Source of the DNA: Vicinamibacteria bacterium
Lineage (GTDB): Bacteria; Acidobacteriota; Vicinamibacteria; Vicinamibacterales; UBA8438
Direction: 5' to 3'
Length of the DNA: 64,000 nt
Assembly (NCBI GenBank): GCA_963579735.1
Contig: CAUZIB010000003.1
Location: forward strand, 1,062-65,061
In this document: positions 1-9,830 of the stretch, one piece after another
Layout of the letters: the number at the start of each line of letters is the position of its first letter
How positions within the stretch are numbered: the first letter of the stretch is position 1
Notes under the pieces: generated by a model
Database searches by the model: none
The model's input: the letters and a program-made list of their open reading frames with translations, nothing else
What the model was told of the DNA's origin: nothing
Program-made: the position numbers and the translations under genes

Positions 1-384
1 ATTTTTCTGACGAGTCGACCGGGCAGCGAGGGGTATTCCACGCAGCTGCAGAGTCAGCGGTGGTTGAGCGAGAAAGGCTTCCATCTCCCCTCTGTCTTTG
101 TCACGAACGGTTCGCGCGGTAAGATCGCGAGTGCCCTGGATCTGGACGTCGTGCTCGGTGACAATCCAGGGAACTGTATCGATATCGTCTCGGATTCCCG
201 CGCCCGGGCGATTCTCATTTGGCGCGGAACAAGCGATGGCGTCCCGAGAGGTATCAAAAAACTCGGGGTGGGCGCGGTCTCGACCATGACGGAATGCTTC
301 GCCCTACTCCAACGGCTTGACGAGGGCCGCGGGACCGGAGGCATTCGGGGGGTGTTTCGATGTCTCTTCGGGCTTCAGTCATAA
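1..384 (+). CDS. 5'-truncated hypothetical protein, possibly HAD-like
   Basis: Frame is open from base 1 (IFLTSRPGSEGYSTQLQSQRWL...) to TAA at 384; IFLTSRP and the later LGDNP resemble HAD/5'-nucleotidase-like motifs. Confidence 0.6.
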   Translation: MFLTSRPGSEGYSTQLQSQRWLSEKGFHLPSVFVTNGSRGKIASALDLDVVLGDNPGNCIDIVSDSRARAILIWRGTSDGVPRGIKKLGVGAVSTMTECFALLQRLDEGRGTGGIRGVFRCLFGLQS

Positions 385-385
385 C

Positions 386-1129
386 GTGTCGTCATCTGCA
401 TTCTTTGACCCGCCGACGGAATCGAGTATTCCGGTCGAGCTGGCTAGCGACCGGAAATTTCGCTTAAGGAACAAAGCGTACTACCGGTTCCTGCACTGGC
501 CAATCTGGATCTGGGTGTTCTTTCTCGCGCCTGGTCCGCTGACGTTCGATCTCTTCGCACAGGGGTTCGACCGACGTATGGCAGCGTGGTTAGGCGCCGT
601 GTTGCTCGCGACCGGCGTAGCCGGTCTTCGCGGTCGTCTGCCCGGGGTTGAGCCTCGGCCTTATATCATTCGGTTTACAGAGGACCGGCCGAATCCCCTC
701 TATCGACGTGTCTGCTACACGTTTGCCTGGAGCGCCGTTTTGACATTCGCCCTGCTCAATCTGAGCGGGTTGGTTGTTGCGATAGCGACCGGCACATGGC
801 TCTTGAGGGAAGCTTACGACGTCGCGTACTTCCCGATGGCCGTCACAATCTGGGCGCTCGGAGCGCTCGGCCAGTTGCCTCGCGTCAAGGCGTCCACAAA
901 GGGCGAAGGACACGAGCGACGGTATTTCTATGGTTCCGTGTGGGCCGTCTCTATCGCGCAGCCGGTGCTGTGGTTCCTATGGGCGGTGATGCCGCAGACT
1001 TTGGCAGCCGACGTGACAAAGCTCCTGGTCTTCGTTGCCATCCTCGTCTACGTTGGGTGGTTGTCCTATCGAGGACAGCTTCCGCGCACGCGCCCGATCG
1101 TGCCGGGAGAGCTCGCCGTAAGCGATTGA
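386..1129 (+). CDS. conserved hypothetical integral membrane protein
   Basis: ORF 317..1129 has about 6 hydrophobic segments; GTG at 386, just after the upstream stop, is the likely start. Confidence 0.75.
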   Translation: MSSSAFFDPPTESSIPVELASDRKFRLRNKAYYRFLHWPIWIWVFFLAPGPLTFDLFAQGFDRRMAAWLGAVLLATGVAGLRGRLPGVEPRPYIIRFTEDRPNPLYRRVCYTFAWSAVLTFALLNLSGLVVAIATGTWLLREAYDVAYFPMAVTIWALGALGQLPRVKASTKGEGHERRYFYGSVWAVSIAQPVLWFLWAVMPQTLAADVTKLLVFVAILVYVGWLSYRGQLPRTRPIVPGELAVSD

Positions 1130-1284
1130 TGGTCTCGCGCGGAAAGTTCCGCATGGACCGGCCGGGACGCTCGCGTCGGCGGCGTTGCTCTACAATCGCC
1201 TGTACCCGACATGCTCACGCCCTTCCCTCGAAATTAGGCCCGACTATCCCCCCGTCGGGCCTGTGGGGAAGGTCACTCCGGCGG

Positions 1285-2059
1285 CTATCTTTCCGACGAT
1301 GTGTCCGGAGGATGATGGGGTGTTGCGAGCGAGCGGATCGACCCGAGGTGTTGGCCCACCTGCTCCAGACTGCCGTAACGCAACGAGACGGCCGGTATGG
1401 AGTGCGCCAGACGCGTGATCTCTGAAAACCCGTGATCGGGCAGGTTCCGTGCGTTTAGGAGACACTCCATCAAGGTCAGGCCAGCGTGAGCCGGAGTGAC
1501 CGCGTTCAGTTGAAACGGGACTCCGTATGCATACTCCGGGAAGACAATCGCGGTAGCGGGAATCTCCGAAGGCAGACGTTGCCCGTGGGCTGCGAACAGC
1601 AGTGCACCATCATTTCTGAGGGTTCGAGCTTCGCTGTCGCCAAAGCTGAGATAGCGGTCGAGCACCTTGACGCCCGAGGAATCCACTGAGCGTCGTTCTT
1701 CCCGAGCCTGACCGACCGGGAAAGAGCACGGCGCAGCCTTCGCACATGAGTGCGGCAGCATGGAGGACAACCCCCGTCGTGCTTGCGCCAGCCAGATGGA
1801 AGCACGTCGCTTCTAGAATCTCGTGGGCGATGATTCCCGCCGATTGGTGCTTTCTCTGTAGCTCGCCGGCGCAGTGGAGCTCCAACTCCCCATCGTCCGT
1901 GTTTTCGTGAATCCGCATCCTCAGGTGTGGATCGGCGGAGCGGTCGTCCACCCGGTTCGGGAACAGGAATTCGACAATCTCCGTCGCTCGCGTTCCAGCG
2001 AACTCAAGCTCGATCGCAGCCCCGCCAAAACTTATGAGCCGACTGTCGACACGCACCAT
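1285..2059 (-). pseudogene. HPr-kinase-related P-loop protein, split by frameshift or internal deletion
   Basis: ORF 1610..2059 has LHAAAL...LFPGRSGSGRTTL; the C-terminal half (AIVFPEY...LMECLLNARNL...LRYGSL) is in another frame (1285..1770); junction near 1680. Confidence 0.6.
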
Positions 2060-2260
2060 AGATTACGTCTTTCGCTCCGCGAGAGTCCGTCGGCAGCCAT
2101 TCAATGATACGCAGTCGTCCGGGGCGCCCTGCAATCGCCGGGTCCGACTGCGCGTGGGTTGGCAGAGGTGTGGGGTGACGTTCCACTGAGAGCCCGCGGA
2201 TACGGTGGGCAGATTTTGTCCTCCGCAGACTTGACCATCGGCGACGATACAATACGTCAC

Positions 2261-3718
2261 ATGAGATGCGCGATAGTGTCCGGTTCCGTGACGTGTGTCG
2301 CCATGGTTGTCGTTCTGGCAGTGGCTACTGGGATGGCGCGACAGACGCCGGTCGCAGCAGATTTCGACCGGCTCTTTGTCGACAAGACCATGCGTCTCGA
2401 CTATTTCCACTCGGGCGGTCTCGGCACCGAAACCATCGCCCTGGACCAGATCGTCTCCGATGGGTCTTGGGCGGGAAGCCGAACCCGTCTTGTCGATGAC
2501 CTTAACCTGGGCAAGTACTTGTTCGACGTCATCGATCGACAAACGAACCGGGTCATTTACTCTCGCGGCTTCGCGTCCATCTACGGCGAATGGGAAACCA
2601 CGCCGGAATCGCGCGAGGTCTACCGGACGTTTCACGAATCGCTTCGTTTTCCCTGGCCGCAGCGCCCGGTGCAAGTTGTGCTCAAGGTGCGGGATCGAGA
2701 GTCGAGCTTTCGTCAGATCTGGTCGACGGTCGTTGACCCGAATTCCCGATTTGTCAATCCGGCCGACCGCGAACCCGCCGGTGACGTCTGGCCGATCATC
2801 GAGAGCGGCGCGCCCACCGAGAAAGTCGATCTGCTCGTGATCGGTGAAGGCTACACGGAGGCCGAGCTCCCAAAGTTTCACGCCGACGCGCGCCGCTTGG
2901 TCGAAGCGCTCTTTGAGGAAGAGCCTTTTCTGAGCCGTCGAGACGACTTCAACGTTTGGGGGTTGGACCTTCCTTCTGTCGAATCCGGCGTCAGTCGGCC
3001 CCGGGCCGGTGAATTTCGGCGAACACCGCTCTCGGCGCAATACAACATTTTTGACTCCGAACGGTATCTGCTGACCTACGACAACCGCGCGCTGCGGGAC
3101 GCTGCGTCGGCGGCGCCCTACGAGTTTCTCGAGATTCTCGTCAATGAAGAGCAGTATGGCGGGGGCGGAATTTTTAATTTTCAAGCCACCGCCGCCGCCG
3201 ATACCGGATTTGCCGAGTATGTGTTTGTCCACGAGTTTGGTCACCATTTTGCCGGTCTGGCGGACGAGTACTACACGTCCGATGTTGCCTATGACACCGG
3301 GGCCGCCACGCATCCGGAGCCCTGGGAACCCAATGTGACGGCGCTTCACGCCCCAGAGAACCTGAAATGGGGCGACCTCGCCGACCCTGCGACTCCGCTC
3401 CCGACGCCTTGGGACAAGAGCATGTTCGAGAACGGGAGCACTGCCGCGCAATCCGAGCGGCGTGAGTTGCGCAGCGAAGGCGCGCCCGAAGCTCGGATGG
3501 ACCAACTCTTTACCGACCAGATGGAGCGAGAAACGGCGCTTCTCGCCTCCATGGAACACGCCGGGAAGGTCGGCGCGTTTGAAGGCGCCTCGTATGAGCC
3601 AGTCGGCCTGTATCGACCGGAGATCGACTGCATCATGTTTACTAGAAACCCGGTCGGGTTCTGCCGTGTCTGTCAGCGTGCGATCACGCGCGTGATAGAC
3701 CAGTACTCGAGAAGGTAG
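2261..3718 (+). CDS. secreted M64 family (IgA peptidase-like) zinc metallopeptidase
   Basis: Signal-like N-terminus, KTMRLDYFHSG N-domain, DLLVIGEGYT, HEFGHHFAGLADEY zinc motif, C-terminal CIM...FCRVC. Confidence 0.9.
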   Translation: MRCAIVSGSVTCVAMVVVLAVATGMARQTPVAADFDRLFVDKTMRLDYFHSGGLGTETIALDQIVSDGSWAGSRTRLVDDLNLGKYLFDVIDRQTNRVIYSRGFASIYGEWETTPESREVYRTFHESLRFPWPQRPVQVVLKVRDRESSFRQIWSTVVDPNSRFVNPADREPAGDVWPIIESGAPTEKVDLLVIGEGYTEAELPKFHADARRLVEALFEEEPFLSRRDDFNVWGLDLPSVESGVSRPRAGEFRRTPLSAQYNIFDSERYLLTYDNRALRDAASAAPYEFLEILVNEEQYGGGGIFNFQATAAADTGFAEYVFVHEFGHHFAGLADEYYTSDVAYDTGAATHPEPWEPNVTALHAPENLKWGDLADPATPLPTPWDKSMFENGSTAAQSERRELRSEGAPEARMDQLFTDQMERETALLASMEHAGKVGAFEGASYEPVGLYRPEIDCIMFTRNPVGFCRVCQRAITRVIDQYSRR

Positions 3719-3727
3719 ACGCGCCTT

Positions 3728-5176
3728 ATGGACTCTGCATTCCTGTCGGCCTTGACCCAGATCGTCGGTCCCGACCACGTCGTTGATTCGCCGGCCGAGC
3801 GTGCAACGTATGAGTCAGACGGCCTGGCAAAATTGCGCGCGACACCCGGGGTTGTCGTCCTCCCGGGCACGGCGGCTGAGGTGCAACGAGTGGTGCAGCG
3901 ATGTCACGCCGCGAATGTCCCGTTTGTAGCCAGGGGGCAGGGAACCGGTCTGTCCGGCGGTGCGATGCCACACCCCGATGGGGTCTTGATTGTGTTGACG
4001 CGTCTCAACCGCGTCCTCGACATCGATATTCCCAATCAGCGAATAACGGTCGAGCCCGGGATCATGAACCTGGAGGTCACAAAGGCCGTGGCCAAAGACG
4101 GGTGTTACTACGCGCCCGATCCATCAAGTCAGGTTATCTGTTCGATCGGTGGCAATGTCGCCGAAAACTCGGGGGGCGCTCATTGTTTGAAATACGGCTT
4201 CACGGTCCACCATGTGCTCGGGGTCGAAGCCGTGCTGCCCAACGGCGAAATGGTCACCATCGGAGGTGCCGCGCTCGATCCACCCGGGCTCGACCTCCTC
4301 GGTGTGCTGGTCGGCTCGGAAGGCACGCTCGCCGTCGTCACCAAGGTGACCCTTCGCTTACTGCGAAAGCCGGCCGCGGTCCAAACGCTGCTCGCGGCAT
4401 TTGACTCCACCGAGGGCGCCGGCAATGCCGTTAGCGGCATTATCAGCGCGGGCATCATCCCGGCTGCGGTCGAGATGATGGACCGAACGACAATTGAAGC
4501 GTCGGAAGCGGCGGTCCATCCGAATTTCCCAGTGGCTGAGGCGATCTTGATCGTGGAGCTGGACGGTGCCGAGGCGGAGGTGACCGCGTTGTTCGCGGAG
4601 GTCGAGCGTGTCTGCCGAGACGCCGACGCCCGCGAGATTCAGATTGCCCAGTCAGACGCCGCAAGGGCGCGGTTTTGGATGGGGCGAAAGGCCGCCTTTG
4701 CAGCCATGGGACGGGTGTCTCCGAGTTACTACGTCCAGGACGGCGTCATCCCGCGCACAAAGTTGCCAGAAGTCTTGCGGCGCATCCGCGCACTTGAGAC
4801 CGAGTCTGGCCTGCGGATCGGGAATGTGTTCCACGCGGGTGACGGAAACCTCCATCCCCTCGTGTGTTATGACGACCGGGTACCCGGCCAGGCCGACCTC
4901 GCCCAGCGGGTGGCATCACAGATCCTGACGTTCTGCCTCGACGTCGGCGGATCGATCACTGGCGAGCACGGTGTCGGCGCCGACAAGGCGGAGCATATGC
5001 CAAAGATGTTTTCTGAAACTGACCTCGACACGATGCAGCTGGTTCGATGTGGCTTCGACCCGAAGAATTTGTGCAATCCGGGCAAAGTGTTTCCGACGCC
5101 GCGGCTGTGTGGCGAAGTGCCTGGTCCGTATCGAGCGCATCCGGCAGAGACCGCTGGTCTGGCGGAACGGGCGTAG
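3728..5176 (+). CDS. glcD: glycolate oxidase FAD-linked subunit GlcD
   Basis: ARGQGTGLSGG, APDPSSQ.ICSIGGNVAENSGG, FHAGDGNLHP, GEHGVG. Confidence 0.92.
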   Translation: MDSAFLSALTQIVGPDHVVDSPAERATYESDGLAKLRATPGVVVLPGTAAEVQRVVQRCHAANVPFVARGQGTGLSGGAMPHPDGVLIVLTRLNRVLDIDIPNQRITVEPGIMNLEVTKAVAKDGCYYAPDPSSQVICSIGGNVAENSGGAHCLKYGFTVHHVLGVEAVLPNGEMVTIGGAALDPPGLDLLGVLVGSEGTLAVVTKVTLRLLRKPAAVQTLLAAFDSTEGAGNAVSGIISAGIIPAAVEMMDRTTIEASEAAVHPNFPVAEAILIVELDGAEAEVTALFAEVERVCRDADAREIQIAQSDAARARFWMGRKAAFAAMGRVSPSYYVQDGVIPRTKLPEVLRRIRALETESGLRIGNVFHAGDGNLHPLVCYDDRVPGQADLAQRVASQILTFCLDVGGSITGEHGVGADKAEHMPKMFSETDLDTMQLVRCGFDPKNLCNPGKVFPTPRLCGEVPGPYRAHPAETAGLAERA

Positions 5177-5182
5177 CGCGTC

Positions 5183-6457
5183 GTGACCATCGAGACCACC
5201 ACGTTGCACGAACAGGCGACGTCGCACGCGGGGCGCGACGCTGTTCGATTTGGCAACGACCAGGACGTCCACGACGGTGTGCAGCCTCGTATCGTTGTGA
5301 CGCCGACGACCCGCGGCGGCCTCGCGTCCACGCTGACCTGGGCGTTTGCCCAAGGTCTTTCTGTCTCGGTGCGTGGAGGTGGCACAAAGCAATCGTGGGG
5401 AGGCAGTTGGAAAGCTGTGGACGTGCTCCTGTGCATGACGCACTTTGACCGTGTGATCGCGCATCGTCACGGTGATTTGACCGCGACAGTCGAAGCCGGT
5501 GCCACCTTGGCCGCGGTTAACCACGAATTGGCGGCCGAGGGTCAATGGTTACCGCTTGATCCGCCGTGGCCGGAGCGCGCAACCATCGGCGGCATTGTCA
5601 GCACGAATGACAGTGGCCCCGCCCGACAGACGCACGGTGCGCCTCGCGATCTCATCATTGGCGTGACTGTCGCCCGACCCGACGGCGCGGTCGCGAAGGC
5701 CGGTGGGATCGTCGTCAAGAACGTGGCCGGCTACGATGTGTCTCGGCTTGTCACGGGCGCCTTTGGGTCGCTCGCGGTCGTCATCGATGCGACGTTCAAA
5801 CTGGCACCACGGCCCAGGGCGTCACGCACAGTGACGGTCGCATCGAACTCCCTTGAGGAGCTCGAGACGGTGATTGCGGCCGTCTCGACGTCCTCACTGA
5901 CACCCTCGGCCGTAGAGCTCGAGTGGGCACCGGCGCGCGTGATTGTTCGCTTTGACTCGGTCCAAACGGCGGTCGACCAGCAGGCAGACGAGCTTGCCCG
6001 TCTCGTCGCAGCCGTGTCTGCGGCGGCCGTCGCCACCTCGCTCGACGAAGCCGTCGCCGAGACAGAGGTGTGGGGTCCTTACCGCCAACGTTGGGATGAG
6101 CACGGGACGCTTGTCAAAGTGAGCACGGTGCCGCGCAGACTTGTGCCGACGCTGGCGTGGCTGCGCGACGCTGCCGACGCCGACGGTGTGCGGATGGCGG
6201 CGCAGGGACGTGCTGCGCTTGGTGTGGTCGATGTGCTGCTGGACGGTCCGTTCGATGCCCAGGCGCGAGTTATTACCGCGCTCCGAGCGCGGTGTGCCCC
6301 CGGTGACGGCTCGGCGGTGGTCCGTCGGGGCGCCCTGGCCCTCCGGCACGCGATCGATCCCTGGGGGCCTATCGGCGACGCCCTGCCAGTGATGCGGGCC
6401 ATCAAGCAGCGATTTGACCCCGACGGCATTCTCAACGCCGGCCGCGGGCCCGCGTAG
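5183..6457 (+). CDS. glcE: glycolate oxidase FAD-binding subunit GlcE
   Basis: RGGGTK, ATIGG, GGIVVKNVAGYD, FDPDGILNAGR; directly follows glcD. Confidence 0.88.
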   Translation: MTIETTTLHEQATSHAGRDAVRFGNDQDVHDGVQPRIVVTPTTRGGLASTLTWAFAQGLSVSVRGGGTKQSWGGSWKAVDVLLCMTHFDRVIAHRHGDLTATVEAGATLAAVNHELAAEGQWLPLDPPWPERATIGGIVSTNDSGPARQTHGAPRDLIIGVTVARPDGAVAKAGGIVVKNVAGYDVSRLVTGAFGSLAVVIDATFKLAPRPRASRTVTVASNSLEELETVIAAVSTSSLTPSAVELEWAPARVIVRFDSVQTAVDQQADELARLVAAVSAAAVATSLDEAVAETEVWGPYRQRWDEHGTLVKVSTVPRRLVPTLAWLRDAADADGVRMAAQGRAALGVVDVLLDGPFDAQARVITALRARCAPGDGSAVVRRGALALRHAIDPWGPIGDALPVMRAIKQRFDPDGILNAGRGPA

Positions 6458-6577
6458 ACGATCGTCATTCGTCAACACGTCACGGGCTTGCTAACGGAAT
6501 ATGGGGGTCACCCCACCGGCAGCCGTCTACCCGTGCTCGCTCTGCTCCCGCCCAGTCGGTTTGGATACTGGCGACAA

Positions 6578-7126
6578 CTACGGCGCGATGAAGCGATCGG
6601 TAAACAGGAGACGCTTGGCAATCCGCCAGCCCTCGGCGGTCTTCTTCCACGTGTTCCGATACACGCCAGAGCCACTGATGAACGGCACCCGGTCCTCTGC
6701 GGTCTGGTGAGTGATCAACGCCATGTTTTCCGTCACGGCGGCTTCGGGTGACAGTTCGAGGAATACGAGACCCGAGAAATGATGTCGCGTTTGCCTATCG
6801 GCCAACCGCCCCTCATGAGAGGTCTTCGCATAGCCGAGAATCGCTTGACGCCCGACCACTTGTGAGCCATCCACGCGCTTGCCGCCACGCCATCGCTCCA
6901 TGATGCCGTCGTCAGTGAAGAGTCTGGCGAAACCGACGGAATCCTTGGAGTCCCAACGATACGAATACTGGGTCAAGTGGTCCGCGATCGCAAGCCGATC
7001 CTGAATGGTGCTGAGATCCTGCGCGGTCGCGACGGTGACGACACACGCACAGAAAAGGAATGGCGCCAGAATGCGTGCTCTCGTGCAGCCTCTTCGTCTT
7101 GGTGTGACGTTGTCCGGGCGGGACAT
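6578..7126 (-). CDS. secreted SnoaL-like (NTF2 family) protein
   Basis: DRLAIADHLTQYSYRWD...FTDDG...TRHHFS...GVYRNTW.KT..GWRIAKR; signal-peptide-like RILAPFLFCACVVTVATA; start codon uncertain. Confidence 0.75.
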   Translation of the reverse strand: MSRPDNVTPRRRGCTRARILAPFLFCACVVTVATAQDLSTIQDRLAIADHLTQYSYRWDSKDSVGFARLFTDDGIMERWRGGKRVDGSQVVGRQAILGYAKTSHEGRLADRQTRHHFSGLVFLELSPEAAVTENMALITHQTAEDRVPFISGSGVYRNTWKKTAEGWRIAKRLLFTDRFIAP

Positions 7127-7228
7127 CCCGCCGGGTGGCGTGACTCCTCCGTCAGCTATGCCCACTACGCTCCCTCGTCGCGCCTGGGCAGACGGGTGCC
7201 GCGCTCCGAACACATAAGACGGTGACAG
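7090..7228. repeat. palindromic intergenic element, copy A
   Basis: Core CATCCCGCCGGGTGGCGTGACTCCTCCGTC...TCGTCGCGCCTGGGCAGACGGGTGCCGCGC (7124-7204) aligns by eye with 22910-22989; imperfect inverted arms. Confidence 0.65.
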
Positions 7229-7239
7229 TCCGTCGGTTG

Positions 7240-8562
7240 TCATAGACCGGTTCCTCGAATTGACGCGTCCACCATTTCCACCAGGTGATACATCGGCGGT
7301 ATCGGCGCGGACCCCTCGCGATTTTCACGCATACTGCTTTGCAGCTGTAGTAAACACCCGGGGTTGCTCGACACGATTGCTGCCGCCCCCGTCGATTGCA
7401 CATTCTTCGCTTTTCGAGCGCCCAGCTGGCTGGCGGCTTCCGGTTCGACCAAGTTGTAAATCCCCGCCGAGCCGCAGCAAAGACCCGACTCTGGAATCTC
7501 TCGTACCTCAAGCCCTGGAATCGTGCTCAGCACCTGTCGGGGCTCGGCGCTTACCTGTTGGGCATGCTGCAGGTGACAGGCATCGTGATACGCAACCGCC
7601 AGTGGGATCGGGTGCCGTGGCGCGCGAGGTGAAAGCTCGGCGAGCACTTCTGAAATATCTCGACATTTCGCGGCAAGGCTGGCCGCACGCGCAGCGTAAT
7701 CTGGCTCATCGCGAAGGAGGTGGCCGTATTCCTTGAGCGTCGACCCGCAGCCGGCCGCGTTGGTCACGATGGTGTCGACCTCGACGTCGGCAAAGGCGTC
7801 AATCAATCGCTTGGCCATGCCAATCGCGTCGTCCTCGAGCCCCGCGTGCACCATCAGCGCACCGCAGCAGCCTTGCCCGGGTGGTATCACAACGTCGCAG
7901 CCTTCGGCGGCGAGGACTCGCGTCGTCGCCTCGTTCACGTCCGGAAAGAAGGTCCGCTGTACGCAGCCCAGAAGCAGGGCCACGCGTCTTCTGGGCTGGC
8001 CAACTGCCGGGATGTGCGTCGGGAGAGTTCCGAAGGCCGACTTCAGGGTCACTGGCGGCGTGATGGCCTCCATCGCGCCGAGCTGCGCTGGCAGCATTTT
8101 CAAGAGCCCGCTTGCCCGGACCAGCCACTGCAGCCCGAGTTTCTGGTACACCCAGAGCTGGAGCGCTGCGAATCGCAGCCGCCTGGGATAGGGGAAGAGC
8201 GAGAAGATCAATTGCCGAAAGCATCGGTCAAATAGTGAGCGCGTCGCGTGACGTTCCACCTGGGACCGTGTGGCCTCAATCAGCTGGTCGTATTTGACAC
8301 CTGACGGGCACGCGGTCACACACGCCATGCAACCAAGACAGGTGTCAATATGTTTCGTGAAATGTTCATCGAGCGGGGCCCGGTCTTCTAGGCCAACCCG
8401 CATCAAGTACAGACGCCCACGGGGCGAGTCCATTTCGTTGGACCAGAGCGTATAGGTTGGGCAAGCGGGCAGGCAAAATCCGCAGTGCACGCAATCCGCC
8501 AGCAACTCGCTCGAGGGCGGGTGACGATCGTCAAAACTTCCGTTCGTGGTGGCCACACGCAC
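7240..8562 (-). CDS. glcF: glycolate oxidase iron-sulfur subunit GlcF
   Basis: CVHCGFCLPACP and CLGCMACVTACP ferredoxin motifs, two CCG domains (QGCCG, LCCGSAG), YHDACHL. Confidence 0.92.
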   Translation of the reverse strand: MRVATTNGSFDDRHPPSSELLADCVHCGFCLPACPTYTLWSNEMDSPRGRLYLMRVGLEDRAPLDEHFTKHIDTCLGCMACVTACPSGVKYDQLIEATRSQVERHATRSLFDRCFRQLIFSLFPYPRRLRFAALQLWVYQKLGLQWLVRASGLLKMLPAQLGAMEAITPPVTLKSAFGTLPTHIPAVGQPRRRVALLLGCVQRTFFPDVNEATTRVLAAEGCDVVIPPGQGCCGALMVHAGLEDDAIGMAKRLIDAFADVEVDTIVTNAAGCGSTLKEYGHLLRDEPDYAARAASLAAKCRDISEVLAELSPRAPRHPIPLAVAYHDACHLQHAQQVSAEPRQVLSTIPGLEVREIPESGLCCGSAGIYNLVEPEAASQLGARKAKNVQSTGAAAIVSSNPGCLLQLQSSMRENREGSAPIPPMYHLVEMVDASIRGTGL

Positions 8563-8790
8563 AGTCTGGCGCAGTTACCCGGTGTTGTCACGTCGGGCTG
8601 GCAGGACGGGTTGAGAGTGACGAGCACCCGATGCCGAGCCTGGGTCAAGACCGACGCGCGGCTCCGACGTCGACCAACGTCTGGGCGCGACCTGGCCGAG
8701 CGACAACTCGCCGGTTGAAAGTTCAAGAGCCGCTCGTGTAGCGTCTCCGTCACTAGGTCTCGGCGGCGAGCCAGGGTTAAGATCGCGGCC

Positions 8791-9774
8791 ATGACAGCGA
8801 CACGTGCGATTCGTATCCACAAAATCGGTGGCCCGGACCAGCTGCAATGGGAGCCTGTCGAAGTGCCGTCCCCGGGGCCGGGCCAAGCCGTCGTCGCCCA
8901 GACCGCAGCGGGTCTCAACTTCATCGACGTGTATCACCGGACGGGTCTGTATCCGGTGGGTTCGTTTCCTGCCATCTTGGGCAACGAGGGCGCCGGATTC
9001 GTGGAAGCGGTAGGTGACGGCGTGACCGAGGTCTCGGTCGGCGACCGCGTGGCGTACTGCATGAAAATCGGCAGTTACACGGAGCGCCGCGTCATCTCAT
9101 CGCGACTCCTGGTCAGGGTGCCTGACGCGGTTTCTGACCACCAGGCGGCGGCCATGATGCTGAAGGGGTCGACGGTCCAATATCTGATCCGTCAGATTCA
9201 TCCGGTCGCGAAGGGCGAGACCATCTTGTTCCACGCGGCGGCCGGCGGGTGTGGGTTGATCGCGTGCCAATGGGCGAAGCATCTGGGCGCCACAGTGATC
9301 GGCACGGTCGGGTCACACGAGAAAGCCGCGGTGGCCCGGGCGCACGGATGCGACCACGCGATCGTCTATACCGAGGAGGATTTCACCGAGCGTGTCAAAG
9401 AAATCACCGACGGCAAGGGAGTGCCCGTCGTGTTTGATTCGGTAGGGAAAGATACGTTTATGGGGTCGCTCGATTGTCTCCAGCCGCGGGGCTTGATGGT
9501 GACGTTTGGAAATGCGTCCGGCGCGGTCGAACCGGTGAGTCCGGCCGCGCTGGCCACGAGGGGATCGCTCTTCTTGACCCGGCCGACGCTCGCGACATTC
9601 ACGAGCACCCGAGAGCAACTGGAGGCCGTGACGACCGACCTGTTCTCCGTCGTCGCAAGTGGTGCGGTGAAGATTGCGGTCAATCAAACGTATCCGTTGG
9701 CGGAGGCAGCGCAAGCCCACCGAGATCTGGAAGGTCGCCGCACGACTGGCTCGACAGTCCTTACGGTTGACTAA
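8791..9774 (+). CDS. qor: NADPH:quinone oxidoreductase (zeta-crystallin/MDR family)
   Basis: GLNFIDVYHRTGLY, HAAAGG.G, FGNASG, GSLFLTRP, TTGS. Confidence 0.9.
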   Translation: MTATRAIRIHKIGGPDQLQWEPVEVPSPGPGQAVVAQTAAGLNFIDVYHRTGLYPVGSFPAILGNEGAGFVEAVGDGVTEVSVGDRVAYCMKIGSYTERRVISSRLLVRVPDAVSDHQAAAMMLKGSTVQYLIRQIHPVAKGETILFHAAAGGCGLIACQWAKHLGATVIGTVGSHEKAAVARAHGCDHAIVYTEEDFTERVKEITDGKGVPVVFDSVGKDTFMGSLDCLQPRGLMVTFGNASGAVEPVSPAALATRGSLFLTRPTLATFTSTREQLEAVTTDLFSVVASGAVKIAVNQTYPLAEAAQAHRDLEGRRTTGSTVLTVD

Positions 9775-9830
9775 TCGCACCGGATACTGGGGCGGCTCAC
9801 GTTCGCAACGCTTGTCTACTGGAGGTTCAG

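Noticed and set aside
2063-3778. 571-aa minus-strand ORF
   Set aside because: Antisense shadow of the M64 peptidase, with no motifs; typical of GC-rich DNA.
8563-8790. Possible further palindromic element between glcF and qor
   Set aside because: Only a short imperfect inverted match (GTTGTC..TCGG) and no clear family core.
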